The notes beneath the pieces are model-generated. The model did not search any database. It was not told the origin of the DNA and saw only the letters and a list, made by a program, of their open reading frames with translations. A stretch of 64,000 bases of DNA from Eledone cirrhosa (lineage: Eukaryota): contig OZ024740.1 in assembly GCA_964016885.1 (NCBI GenBank), positions 202,678,001 to 202,742,000 of the forward strand. Direction: 5' to 3'. Shown here in pieces: positions 12,606-27,609 of this stretch. Both the position numbers and the translations under genes were made by a program. The first letter of the stretch is position 1. Every line of letters starts with the position of its first letter.

Positions 12606-12844
12606 AATGTTTAATATAGAAATGGCTCCTACGGGACTAGAACTATTTCATTCAAAAGAAATCATCAGGATGATGACAACAATGAAAATGACGATGTTTG
12701 CTTACCCTGCTATATGGTGGTGGCACAATAAAATGTACCCAGTCTACATTGTTGGTGAAAGGAAGGGCATCCAGTCAGAAAAAACATGTCACAAACCATG
12801 ATTAGCACAGCCTACTTGTGTGTGTGTATATATATATATATATA

Positions 12845-14057
12845 CAGGGTGCAGACGATATTTGATCGCAAGATTACTGTCTAGGAAAAAATAACACAGT
12901 AGTTTTATTTTTTAAGATATATTAAATGGCTTAGTGGTTAGAGCATTGGCCTTGCAATCGAAAGGTTGTGAGTTCAATTCTCAGACCAGGTGATGTGTTG
13001 TTTCCTTGAACAAGACACTTTATTTCACATTGCTCCAGTTTACTCAGCTGTAGAAATGAGATGATAGGGACTGGGGTCCATATCATTCCACTGCAAAGTG
13101 TTCGTGGAGGTGCCACGGCAAAAAAGCACTCAGCACTCACTGTAAATGAGGTTGGTGTTAGGAAGGGCATCCGGCTGTAGAAATCAAGCCAGCATCAGTT
13201 CCCGTCCCACCCTTGCAAGCAGGGAAAAAGCGGATGTAAAAATGAAATGATGAATGATGATGATTTATCAAACTTGGGTCTGTTTGTCTTCATGACTTGT
13301 TCTTTCGATCTCACTCAATAAACCCGCTATTGGCTTTGATGACGGCCTCGGAACCGGCTACAGGGCTTCGTCACTGTCCCCCAACTTAGGCACTTGTGAT
13401 CCTGGCCTTCAGATCATCTTTTGTATTGCAGCTAGATCTGTTGGTGTCTCGTTCCACTGCGCCCCACACAAAGAAGTCGGAGGGGTTGCAGTCAGGCGAG
13501 CTGGAAGGCCAGATGTCAGGTGAAGTGTGTTCGACAAAGTTCTCTGACAGCCAGGCTTGGGTCTTTTGGCTGGTATGGCAGGGCGCTGAGTTTTTCTGCC
13601 ACACGTACGGCCTACCTGCAGCTACCTGGTCGGTCTACGGCTTTACTACTTCGCTCAAAACACGGATGTAGCCATCAGTGTTCAGCTTGAGGCCCTCAGG
13701 GAAGAAGTGAGGTGGCATTACGTCACCTTGACTGCTGACGACACCTAAGACCAATGTTGTTGCTGGAAACTTTGTCTGCATGACTCTGGGCACGTCTTTG
13801 GATGAGACACCATTCTCCTGCTGACGCTGAGAAAGTCTGAAATTTCCTTATTTGTCCTCCCGGCGCGGATTCCAAGAAGAACTCCATGTCTCTTCCACAA
13901 ATTTGGAGGTTCAAAATTATTCATAATCAATTATTCTGAAAATAAATAATGGAAATATAGTCACTGTTTTTCTGAAGACAAGAGTGACAATGGAAGTAAA
14001 AAAAATTTGTATAAAATTAGCAGTTGAAAATTGCGAACAAATATCGTCCTCACCCTG
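12845..14057 (-). mobile_element. Tc1/mariner-superfamily DNA transposon (internally deleted), with a SINE inserted
   Basis: About 27-bp TIRs CAGGGTG..GACGATATTTG.TCGCAA with TA flanks; transposase remnant APCHTS...WPSSSPDCNPSDFFVWG. Confidence 0.9.
12926..13263 (+). mobile_element. SINE family A inside the mariner element
   Basis: A box TGGCTTAGTGG, B box GAGTTCAATTC, RTE-like tail. Confidence 0.85.
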
Positions 14058-14732
14058 TATATATCTATGTATGTATGAACCAGACATTCTCTGTCTTATT
14101 TAGTCTCAGACCATGTCGACCTCTCCAACCCAAGCCCACATGGAAAACAGATGATGATGAAATACATACACACACACACACACACACTCACAGTTTAAAT
14201 GTTGTGTATCTTTTCTTAGCTTGCCTCTTGAGATCATCTTTCAAAACCTAACATCTTAAGATCTGATCTCAGCTTACATTACATCTTCATGATATAACAT
14301 TTCACAGTAGAGGACTTTGACCTGGGCAAGGTGAACAGTGAGGAGTGTATGAAGGGAGGTGGGCCTGGGCACAGTGACAGGAGGAGGAGATGGGGGGGGG
14401 GTCATATTAATTACTTGCATCAGAGATCATCAGAAATATGTTTATCTCCAAAATTGACATATAATTTCAACCTTGACATCTTATACTGGTTATCAAAGCT
14501 CAATCTGACACCAGATAAATATTTTTTTTTAATCTCTAAATATTTACATGGACACCTGTGTTGTAACAGAGCAACTTCTGACTTACACTATTGCTACTAC
14601 TTTATTTCCATCATCATCACCATCATCATCATCACCATCATCATCATCACCATCATCTTCATCACCATCATCATCACCATCATCATCATCATCACCATCA
14701 TCATCACCACCATCATCATCACCATCATCACC

Positions 14733-14764
<32 letters not shown>

Positions 14765-15631
14765 TTTACGTATGGGGGTGGGGATGGAGGTCATGCTAGC
14801 ATAAGTTGATGGACAGTCTGAGACAAGTCAAACTGAAGAACCATGTTTTACTCATACATTCCAAATTTTTTGTATGATTTATATCGCTGTATGTCTTTTT
14901 AAATGCTAATCACTTTACAGAGTGTACTAGGTGTATTTTACCAGCACTATGGAAGAGTCCTCTCAAGCCTTTGTTTGGCACAAACACACCAAGAGCTTTA
15001 TGTTTTGTGAAGAAACGAAACTGATTATTACTTATTCCATCTGTAAAACTAAGGTTTATATCTTAATATATATAATATACACATGAGAGTGTATAGAAGT
15101 ATATAGATTAGTGGTTGGAGTGTTGGGCTCGTGATTGTGAGGTCATAGTAAAGGTATATATATATCGTTATATATAACCAGAAATTTGTAATAAATTGAA
15201 GGTGCATGCATTTTTATTGGCAGCATGACCCTCTCAAAGTATAGAAAAAAATATATATATATATATAATATATTAAGTACTTGTTTTACATTCTTTAATA
15301 TCATGAGAAACTGAATATGGCAGTGAAATATATCTATGAGATACAGACTTTGATGGATAACATATTACAAATTTACAAAAGAATTTACATAGATCTAGCT
15401 GTACTCCAGTGTCATATTATACTACATGTTTTTTTAGCTTCAAGAACAGGGGTTGTTTTATATTCACAAAGAAATATATCCTTTTTATTATTATCAACAA
15501 TTTTGATGTTGCCAAACCTTGAATCTTTCAGTTTATTTGTGCTCAATATTTCCTCTAATTATTTTCAAACCAGTGAACAGAATGTTTGATGCTTTGAGCA
15601 AAAATATTTTAAATTCAAAGCTATTGCACAG

Positions 15632-17052
15632 AAACATTTCAAAGCAACTAAGTGGCAACATTTCAAAGCAACTGGGTGGCAACATTTCAAAGCAACTGGG
15701 TGGCAACATTTCAAACCTACTGAGCAGCAACATTTCAAACCTACTGAGAGGCAATATTTCAAAGCAACTAAATGGCAACATTTCAAAGCAACTGGATGGC
15801 AACATTTCAAACCTACTGAGCAGCAATATTTCAAAGCTACTGAGAGGCAATATTTAAAAGCTACTGGATGGCAACATTTCAAAGCTACTGGGTGGCAACA
15901 TTTCAAAGCAACTGGGTGGCAACATTTCAAACCTACGAAGCAGCAATATTTCAAAGATACTGAGTGGCAATATTTCAAAGCAACTAAGTGGCAATATTTC
16001 AAAGCAACTAAGTGGCAACATTTCAAAGCAACTAAGTGGCAACATTACAAAGCAACTGGGTGGCAACATTTCAAACCTACTGAGCAACAATATTTCAAAG
16101 CTACTGAGAGGCAATATTTCAAAGCTACTGGATGGCAATATTTCAAAGCAACTGGGTGGCAACATTTCAAACCTACTGAGCAGCAATATTTCAAAGCTAC
16201 TGAGAGGCAATATTTCAAAGCTACTGGATGGCAACATTTCAAAGTTACTAGGTGGCAACATTTCAAAGCAACTGGGTAGCAACATTTCAAAGCTACTGGA
16301 TGGTAACATTTCAAAGTTACTGGGTGGCAACATTTCAAAGTTACTGGGTGGCAACATTTCAAAGCTACTGGATGGTAACATTTCAAAGCTACTGGGTGGC
16401 AATATTTCAAAGAAACTAAGTGGCAACATTTCAAAGCTACTGGGTGGCAAATTTCAAAGCAACTGGGTGGCAACATTTCAAAGCAACTAGGTGGCAATAG
16501 TTCAAAGCTACTGGATGGTAACATTTCAAAGCTACTGGATGGTAACATTTCAAAGCTACTGGATGGCAACATTTCAAAGCTACTGGGTGGCAATATTTCA
16601 AAGAAACTAAGTGGCAATAGTTCAAAGCTACTGGATGGTAACATTTCAAAGCTACTGGGTGGGAACTTTTCAAAGCAACTGGGTGGCAATAGTTCAAAGC
16701 TACTGGATGGTAACATTTCAAAGCTACTGGGTGGCAACATTTCAAAGCAACTGGGTGGCAATAGTTCAAAGCTACTGGATGGTAACATTTCAAAGCTACT
16801 GGATGGCAACATTTCAAAGCTACTGGGTGGCAATATTTCAAAAAAAACTAAGTGGCAACATTTCAAAGCTACTGGGTGGCAATATTTCAAAGAAACTAAG
16901 TGGCAACATTTCAAATCTACTGGGTGGCAAATTTCAAAGCAACTGGGTGGCAACATTTCAAAGCAACTGAGGAGCAGAATTTGAAACCTACTGAGTGGCA
17001 ATATTTCAAAGCTGCCAAGTGCCAACGTTTCAAAGCTATCAAGCAGCAACAT
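15632..17052. repeat. 24-bp minisatellite (CAACATTTCAAAGCAACTGGGTGG-like)
   Basis: Tandem periodicity visible directly. Confidence 0.95.
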
Positions 17053-18709
17053 TTTGATGTATGCAGCACCAATATAGCAACTACATGGCTATGTAGCTTA
17101 CGTTTGTGCCATATTCTTACAGTTATTATCATCATGATGATCTGGGTGGTAGATTGGTAGAATTGGTAGATCATCAAACAAGACACTTCTGAATTCAAAT
17201 TCCACTAAGGTTAGCTTTACCTTTCATCCTTCCAGGGTCAATAAAATAAAGTTTCAGTCAAATATTTGAGGGTCAATGTAATTGACTTACCCTTCTCCCA
17301 AATTGCTAGCCTTGTGTCTAAATTAGAAGCCATTATCATGTTGGGGGTCTTTTAGTTTGTTATAATAATATCACCAACAATTAACTTATCTATGAAAGAC
17401 AAACAACAATTAAGTTAAAAACAGCTGCAGCAGTCTTACGACCATTAGATTAGAGTGAGACATAAACAACATCATTATCTTAATCAACATCATTATCGTC
17501 AATATCATCATCACCATCATTATTGTCAATATCATCAATATCATCACCATCATTATCTTCAATATCATCATCTCCACCATCATTATCTTCAATATCATCA
17601 TCATCTCCACCATCATTATCTTCAATATCATCATCATCTCCACCATCATTATCTTCAATATCATCATCATCATCTTCATCATCACCATCTCCAATATTAT
17701 CATCATCATCATCATCGTTGTTATCATCGTTATTATTGTTACTTGTTAAAGCTGCATTTAAAATAATGACATTGGAAAATTTCCCAGGGATGCTTTCTTC
17801 ATGAAGAAGATAAAGTTAAGTGCAGTATAACATACTTAATACAGTCAGTTAAAAAGAATTTTTAACCAATTTAAGGGAACACAAGAAATCATCACCATTA
17901 TCATCATCATCATACAGCTGTTTTCCATGCTAGAATGGGTTGAATGGCTTGTCATTATCTGAAACAAGATATGTCCAGATAACCACGTTGTGCTCATATA
18001 TTCCATATTTGGGTATGCTTTCTACGGTCAAATGCCCTCAATAACACCAACCACTTAACTGAGTGTATAGGATGCATTTTACCATATCTTTAGCTCTAGA
18101 GAAGTGAAGCACTAGAAGAAATGAAAAGGGAAAATTGTATATGTAACTTATCAAAGGTTTCACCCATCATGTTTGAACTGGTGTGCCATCACCCATTATC
18201 TTTATTACATAATACTCTATCACTGGTACACTAGTCCAAGATGTTGAATTGTTAGAATCATTTGAATGTCAGGTAAAAAGCTTTGTGATATTTGTTCTGT
18301 CTATTAGCACTGAGAGTCGAAATCCCACTAAGGTTAACTTTACCTTTCATTCTCTCAGGGTCAATAAGGTATCAGGGTTGATTATATTCTTTCTCTTATT
18401 TGTTCTCTAGATTTAATATGTCATTCAAAAATCTAGCCTTATCATATTGTGGTACACAGGTTCACTTTGTGAATTATGTTAAGAGTACATATATGTGGAA
18501 TACTCAGCTACTTATATGTTAATTTTATGTAATTCAGTAACTCAGTTGTGGTTCAACAACTATATATATATATTTCTGTTTCTCCTTTATGATTATGTCT
18601 CTATTTTATACTCCCGAAGAAGGTCTTAAGCCCAATACGTTGAACTTTCTTTCCCCTTTTCTATACAAAGCATGTTGTCCCCTTGAACTATATATATCAA
18701 CATGTGTTT

Positions 18710-19150
18710 TAAAGCCATTTTCCCTGCTAGAGGTTAGTCTTATGGGCTCCATGATAGGAGAGGGTCCATTTTATTCTATTGTCAGCAACCCTCCTCACCA
18801 ACATCCTGGCTTTCATTTCCTCCTCCATCAGCTTTAGCCAAGTATTTCTTGATCTTCCCCTTACTCTACTTCCTTCTACATTTATTTTCATCACTCCTCT
18901 TGCCCAGTCATTTCCATCCTTCCTCAACACATGACCCAGCTATCTTATTCTATTTAATTCCACATCATTCATCAATAGCTCTTTTCCTATCACCCCGTCA
19001 CTTTCAACCTTCCTCAACACATGACCTAGCCATCACATTCCATTTGTTCATAGCATTCATCACTGACTTTATTCCCACCATCCTCTGCAATTCATTGTTT
19101 CTCTTCCCCTCTATTAGTAATACTCTGTTGATCTACCAAACAATGTTAGT
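18710..19150 (-). mobile_element. Old RTE 3' remnant
   Basis: VEGSRVRGRSRNTW motif. Confidence 0.55.
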
Positions 19151-19158
19151 ATATATAA

Positions 19159-19275
<117 letters not shown>

Positions 19276-21659
19276 TAATTAATGTAGCCACAGGCCAAAT
19301 ATTTGGGAAGTTCACTTCACAGCTGTGAGTTCAGTCCCACTGCATAGTATTTTAGGCAAATATCTTAACCATAGCATCAGGTTAACCCAAGCTTTGTGAG
19401 TGAATTTGGGTAGACAGAAACTGTGGAGATGGATTGTACCTGTAATTCAAAGGTCCAGCTTCGTCAAATATTGTGTCACAGGCTTCCTTAGAATTTCTAT
19501 CTATCAAGACCCAGTATGGTATTTTACGTAATATAAAACATCTGTGTACTTCACTGTTGATTCTACTTACAAATTTAATTCCACACAGAATGTATATACA
19601 TTGTATGTATGTTGTATATACATTGTATGTATGTTGTATATATATTGTATATACATTGCATGCACATTCTATATACATATTGTTTCAATCTACATTATCA
19701 CCAAATATTTGTGAATTTTAATTATTTTTGTTTGAAAGTCATTTAAAAGTCAAGTTTTAACAATGAAATGGAAGTTTACATTAGACATGCTAATTAGCTA
19801 TTTACTGTTGTTGTTGTGGTGGTGGTGGTGGATGTTGTAGTGGTGGTGGGTGTTGTAGTGGTGGTGGGGGAGCATGATGATGGGGTGGCAGTGGTGTTGG
19901 TGGTGGTAGTGGCAGTGGTGTTGGTGGTGATGGTAGTGGCCATGGTGATGGTGGTGGCAGTGGTGATGGTAGTGGCAGTGGTGTTGGTGGTAGTCATGGT
20001 GGCCATGATGATGGTGGTGGTAGTCGTGGTGGCCATGATGATGGTGGTGGCAGTGGTGTTGGTAGTGGTAATGATGATGGTTGTAGTGGCAGCAGTGGTT
20101 TTGGTGTTGGTGGTAATGATGATGATACTGTTGTTGTTTGTAAAAAATGAAATGGTTGCTCCATCTGTGTAAACACTGAGTATTCCTGTTGTTCAATCAA
20201 CAGAACTAACTAACCTATCCCCCCTCCCCCATTGTATTTATTCCAGTCACCAGTCACTTGTACTCTTAACTTAACAGTGCATGACATGGTGGCTGACCTT
20301 TTGAATTACTGATACATTCCATTCAACTGCTTCTGCATTCTTTCTATCTGGCGGCCATCTTAGCAGATAGAGCTTCAGGGTGTCATGAGTTAATGGTATA
20401 AGACATTTATCCAAGGTGCTAACTGGAGGATTGAACCTGATACCTCATTTGTAAAGCTGTTTTCTCAAATATTCAGCCATCCATGCACACCCATGTTATA
20501 TCATCATCATCATCATCACTCCATGCTTGCATGCGTTGAATGGGTCCTTTTCAGCACAGCATCTATCCACTCATCACATTCCTTCATCATCTTTTCTGTT
20601 ATTCTCAGCGATTTGAGATCAGCTTTAACCCCTCTGATCAGCTCTACCCTGGTCTACTTCCTTCTACTGGGATTTCCATAGGTTTTGAAGTTGCCAGAAT
20701 TTGTCAAAGACTATCACATGCTATTGTTTGAAATCAGCAACTGAAGAACTGATACTGAAGCCAAAATATTTAAAGTCTTCAACGGCTTCAATGATCTGTC
20801 CAGTAGGCATTTGAATGTCACTTATGTTGGTGTTAAGGCCTAGGAGATTCGATTTGGTATAGTTGATGTTAAGTCCAACTTGTTGGGCCTATTTTTCTGT
20901 TCTATGAAGGTGTTGGATAGCTTCTACAGAGGAGTCCAACTGAGCAATATAGTCCAGGAGTCTGTAATCTATATTTGTCTGCAGACTGTACTCTGGGTTT
21001 CCAAAATATAATTTATTACAATGATGAAAAGAAGTGGAACCAATGTGTCTCCTTAGAGCACTCCAGTTTTGATTAGTTTGACACAGTTTTCACTACCACC
21101 GTAGATACATTATATCACTTTTATGGTTTTATTTGGTTCTCCATAACACAGTATGGCCCACATCTTACTTCTGTTTCTTGAATCAAAGGCTTTGCTGAAA
21201 TCTATGAGAGTGACAACAATTGGAAGCTGTTTCTGGTAGCAACCTTTTAATAATCTTTAAAATTAAAATAACAGGTCCAAAGAGATGTCAACATGAATGG
21301 ACCTGTTATTTTTATCTAAAGACATTTTTTCCAATTCCAACCCGCCTGTCCCTTCAATCTATCTTATTTCTCATTCTTTCTTCTGATGAAAGACCCTCTT
21401 CCTGCTATTTCTAACATTAACCTAATATATTCCTTCCATATACTGTACCGATTGTGTTGTTATTTCTGTTTACCTTTTACATACATATATACATATATAG
21501 TAATAATAATTTTGAAGACCAAAATCTGAAGAGGGCTCGATAAGGATTATATATATATATATATATATATATAAATACTTCCACTGTCTCCTCCAATCTA
21601 TACACCCTCAACACACACCAGTGTTATAAAAAAGTCTAAAGTCTGTCTTAAGCCAGAAG

Positions 21660-21911
21660 GTTCATTTGGTCGGTGCTTATCCCGGTTTCATGGCGTGAAG
21701 CGACTGAGAGTACAAGACTCCCCCCTGGACAGGACGCCAGTCCATCGCAGGGTTAAACCTCCAGCTATTGCTGGTACTCATTTTCAGCTGAGTATACTGG
21801 AGCAACGTGAAATGAAGTGTTTTGCTCAAGAACACAACACGCAACCCAGGAATCGAGCCCACAACATTATGATTGTAAGTCCAACACCCTTACCATTAGG
21901 CCACGTGCCCC
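21660..21911 (-). mobile_element. Related tRNA-derived SINE with a different 3' part
   Basis: GGGGGCACGTGGCCTAATGG head, GGCTCGATTCC B box, shared central TTGAGCAAAACACTT domain. Confidence 0.7.
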
Positions 21912-23024
21912 CACCCAGTGTTATATACCTCCACTATATTCTTCACAACTTATCCACTTCAAATGTTGCTGGTTTATAATTGATTGTTCTCCAGAGACAG
22001 GTTTTATAGTGGCTCTATTGTCTTCTCCCCACCCCATGTTGTACATGTGTCTGTGTTTACCTCTCTGTGTCTGTATGTGTTTGTGCGTATTTGTCTCTGT
22101 ATGTGTTTGTGTGGGTATTTGTCTCTGTGTCTGTTTGTGTATGAGTATTAGTCTGTATATTTCTATGTGTACATGTCTGTGTGTTGGTCTGTGTTTGTCT
22201 GTCTATGGCTGTTTGTGCGTGTTTGTAAATATGTGTGTGTGAGTGTGTATGCTTGTATGTATGTGTTTGAAAATAGGTGTCTATATGTATGTGTGTTTGT
22301 TTGTGTGTGTATGTATGTGTGTATGTGTTTAAAAATGGGTGTCTAAATGTGTGTGTGTATGCCTGTGTGTATGTGTTTGAAAATAGGTGTCTATATGTGT
22401 ATGTGTGTGTGCGTGTGTGGGTATACAGTGCACAGTTTCTTCATTGTTGAATCTTAAGAATCTCTTCCAGCTTTTCACTGTTTGACTTCCCCTGGCTGGT
22501 CGGTCACACTATATGTACACATACATACATTTACATACACACACACATACACATACACACACACACAACCCAGAGTAGCAACAAAGGGTAATCTCAGTAA
22601 CATATGTGTGTTTGTGTGTGTGTGTTGGACTTCCATAGTTCTGACAATGTGTGTACCAGTTGGTTGACTAATGGAACAGCCTAGCCTGTCTCTGAAATTA
22701 TTGGGCAAGTGGCTGAGCATTCCACTAACATGAGTACCTCTAACATAGTTCTCAGGAAGATTCAGCATTACACAGTGTGACAAGGTTGACCATTTGAATT
22801 ACAAGTACAATATATTTTTGACCGCTGAGTGGACAAGAGCAGTGAGAAATAAAGTGTCTTGCCCAAGGACACAACATGTTATCTGGGAATTTAACTCATG
22901 ACATTATGATCATGAACTGAACGTGTTAACCACTAGGTCATGTGCATCACACACACATACACTCATATATTCACATACAGACACACACACATACATATAT
23001 ACATACATATATATATACATATAT

Positions 23025-23417
23025 GGAGGCACATGGCTTAGTGGTTAGAGCATTGACCTTGCAATCGAAAGGTTGTGAGTTCAATTCTCAGACCAGGTGA
23101 TGTGTTGTTTCCTTGAGCAAGACACTTTATTTCACATTGCTCCAGTTTACTCAACTGTAGAAATGAGATGATAGGAACTGGGGTCCCTATCATTCCATTG
23201 CAAAGTGGTCGTGGAGGTGCCAAGGCAAAAAAGCACCCAGCCCACACTGTAAAGTGGACGTGTGGGTGCGACGGAAAAAAATCACCCTGCACTCACTGTA
23301 AATGAGGTTGGTGTTAGGAAGGGCATCCAGCTGTAGAAATCAAGCCAGAATCAGTTCCCGTCCCACTCTTGTAAGAAGGGAAAAGTGGACGTAAAATAAT
23401 GATGATGATGATGATGA
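23025..23417 (+). mobile_element. SINE family A, full length
   Basis: GGAGGCACATGGCTTAGTGG head, A/B boxes, (GAT)n tail. Confidence 0.87.
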
Positions 23418-24608
23418 TATACATATACATTATGTGTTGGCCTTGTGCCTGAATCAGAAAATGTTCTGATTTCAAATCCCGCTGAGGTTAGCTTTGCCAT
23501 TCATCCTTACAGAGTCGATAAATAAAGTACCAGTAATGCACTGGGGTTGATTTAATCGACTTTCCACTCCCGTTCAAATTGCTAGTCTTGTGCCTAAAGT
23601 AGAAACAATTATTATTATGGTTCATTTTTGTAAATCTGAAACCCTTAGATGTTAAACTGGGAGCAGTCAACAAGTTTACAAAGGTTCCTCACTGCATTCT
23701 CCCTTCTGTCTCACGTTGACAAGACACTCCACAAAATCCTTGCTGTCCCAAAAAGTGCTGTCTTTTGCATGGCCTGTAACCTGGCATCATCGTCATCCTC
23801 ATCATCATCATCACCATCACCATTATCATCATCCTACTCATTATCATTATTATTATTATCATTATTATCTTTGTTGTTTAATTTGTCAAGACGTGTGTGA
23901 ATATTTCTCTGTAAGTTTTGTTAATTTTCTATATTATATTCATTGTTATATTTTTGTCACAAACTGTTGGTAGGGAGCCACACATTGCCCCGTGTTAAGG
24001 TAACCCCATAATATTTGGGTCTTGGGTCTAAATATTTGAACTTTATTTTTTTACAAATAATTTTGCTGTCAAAAAATATGAACGGAATACTCCCACCTCT
24101 GGTTAAGCCACCTGTCACGTGAGAGAAGTGACACCACCTCCATCACTACCATCATTAACACTGTTACCACTACCACCACTACAGGCAGCATTGACAACAA
24201 CAACAAAAACAAAACAACAACAATAATGACAGCTACATCAACAAATGCAACAATGACAACAACAGCAACAAAAAGAATGATGAGAACATAAGCAGTAGCA
24301 GCAACAACAACATGAACAACAAGAAGAGTACTTTTGCAGTCACAGCTGCAAAAGTAGAAACTCTTTACACTATGGATATAATGGACAAAAGAAGAACGTT
24401 TGGCCCATGGAGCAAAACTCAACACCAGAGAAAAGACCTGGGCCAACTTAAACTAGCAGAGGTGATGGCAGTGATGAGAGGAGAACTCTCAAATATAGGT
24501 GCATCATCCTCAGGGGCTTTTGGAGTGTTGGATGGTTCAGGATTGGTGGGGATCCTGAGTTGCCCCTAAGTGGTCAGCCCCATTATTGGGGAATTTGTAT
24601 TATTATAA

Positions 24609-25043
<435 letters not shown>

Positions 25044-25059
25044 TAACTAAAATGTTTAA

Positions 25060-25280
25060 CCCTTTAGCATTTAATCTGACCATATCCGACCAGAATTCTC
25101 TCTCCTCTTTCTGTTCAAATGAATTGTAACCAGCTGCTCATACTGATGTTAAGGTATTGTTCTCAAAATAAATAATATCAAAATCTCGTAGATTCGGTTT
25201 TATGTGAGATAATTATGTGAGGTAAAGCTTTTATTGTGAAAATACAATAGTTTATATAGAGTAATGTAAATGCTAAGGGG
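25060..25280. mobile_element. piggyBac-type MITE
   Basis: TTAA flanks; TIRs CCCTTTAGCATTTA / TAAATGCTAAGGGG. Confidence 0.75.
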
Positions 25281-26696
25281 TTAAACCCAGTGTTTAACTC
25301 TTAACATCCTGTACCACAGGAAACTACATTAGCAAATCATTCTTGAAAAATACAAAACACCATAACTAGCTTCAAATTTTCACAAAGCTCTATCCATTAG
25401 TATAGATACTATAAACATTTGAATTTATTTTTCAACACTTTCTGCTAAATCCTTACCAGATGTTAACCAGCTCCACATTCTCCTGTTGTCTCCTCCCTTC
25501 ACATATCTCATGGCACCTGACTTCTAGCATCATCAGACAACAGAAATAATATCACATGGCTCCTGTCTCCTGTCTTCATCAAACAACAGAAGTGACTTCT
25601 ATTATTTAATAATAGGACAGTCTTATCTTTGTAGTATCATTAATGATTAAACTTTAATTGTGGTGTAATTGTTGTAATTATGCATTTGTTTTTGTCATAT
25701 TGTGTGTGTGTCTGTTGTACATTCATTGGTTCCTCCTCCTCTTCTTCTTCTTCTTCTTCTTCTTGAGAGGGTTGTGGGGGTAGAGTCCTCAAACACTCCA
25801 GGTCCTGTCAGAAGCAACCATCTCCAGTTGATCTGGCTGGATCCCCAAGCATGACCAGCCAAGTTCATAGATGTTATCCAACCATATTGCTCTGGGTCTC
25901 CTACTGGTTGGTTTTGCCCATAAAAATCTGTCCCGTGATTCTTTCCTCAGACATTCTAACCACATTCTCATTGATTCCAACAACAAAATATTCCAGTTGA
26001 TACAATCCTACTCATGAAATTAATGTACAAGTGGCTGAGCATTAAACATATGTACCCTTAATGTAGTTCTCAGGGAGATTCAACATGATACATTGTGACA
26101 GGCCCTTTGAATTACAGATACAACTCATTTTTTTTTTCTAGCTGAGGGGACTGGAGCAATGTGAATTGCAGTATCTTGCTCAAGGACACAACACGCTGCT
26201 TGAAATTGAACTCTTGATCATGAGCTGAGCACCCTAACCACTAAACCATTCATTTTCCCATTATATTATATATACCATATAAGGGTTGTGGTATGGCAGT
26301 ATCATTAGAGCATCAGACAAAATGTTTTATGGTATTTAGTTACAGCTCTTTAAGTTCCAAGTTCAAATTCCACCAAAGTCAACTTTGCCTTTCATCCTTT
26401 CAGGGTCGATAAAATAAAGTACCAGTCAAGTACAGGGGGCAATATAATTGACTTTCTCCTTCCCTCAAAATTACTGGCCTTGTGCCTAAAGTAGAAATCA
26501 TTGTATATATCATATGAAAAGTGGCATGTATCTTGGGAAGATTTGGACTATTTTATACAATTAAGCCATGACTCTAACCCTATGCTGCATACTCCACCAC
26601 CATTTTCATTGAACTGCAGTAGTAAGTGGCCACAATCCTCCTCAAACCATTGAGCTGTCACAATCAGTTTGTGGTCCTGTGTTTTGGGGTGATTAA

Positions 26697-27086
<390 letters not shown>

Positions 27087-27222
27087 TGATAAATTCACTT
27101 TTCTATGTTTAACTATTTCATGATCATATTACTAATGAAATACATTCTCTTCCAATTAAGGAACAATTTTGAGGTATTTACTAAAATTATTTCATTATTA
27201 AAATAATAACATAACATAACAA

Positions 27223-27609
27223 GGGCGGTGGATTGGCAGTATCGGTAGAAAGTCGGACACCATGCTTTGAAGCATAGAGTTACGTCCCTTTATTATCTGA
27301 GTTCAAATCCCGCCGAGGTTAACTTTGCCTTTCATCCTTACGGGGTCGATAAAATAAAGTGCCAGTAATGTACTGGGTAATTGCTGGCCTTGTGCCTAAA
27401 ATAGAAACAATTATTAAAATAATTGTTTCTACTTTAGGCACAAGGCCAGCAATTATCCAGTGCATTACTGGTACTTTATTTTATCAACCCCGTAAGGATG
27501 AAAGGCAAAGTCAACCTCGGCGAGATTTGAACTCAGATCGTAAAGGGACATAACTATGCTGGAAAGCATGGCATCCGACCCTCTACCGATACTGCCAATC
27601 CACCGCCTT
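27223..27609. mobile_element. Tail-to-tail inverted pair of SINE family B
   Basis: 27223-27412 (+) and 27420-27609 (-) are reverse complements. Confidence 0.85.

Noticed and set aside
14548-14809. Poly-His/Ser/Met ORFs (also near 17410-17804, 19794-20200, 10178-10633)
   Set aside because: (CAT)n and (GGT)n microsatellites without splice or codon evidence.
15317-15589. Possible missing SIK exon (VAIKII...REIQI) suggested by MAVKYIYEIQ
   Set aside because: No real match to the SIK VAIKIIDK...HPHIIRLYQ exon and no suitable splice sites; that exon is presumably upstream of the window.
18608-18645. Hammerhead-like CCGAAGA-AGG...CC-CAATACGTTG beside (TA)n
   Set aside because: Core and GAAA are too degenerate to call.
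23025-23095. tRNA gene
   Set aside because: It is the head of multi-copy SINE family A.
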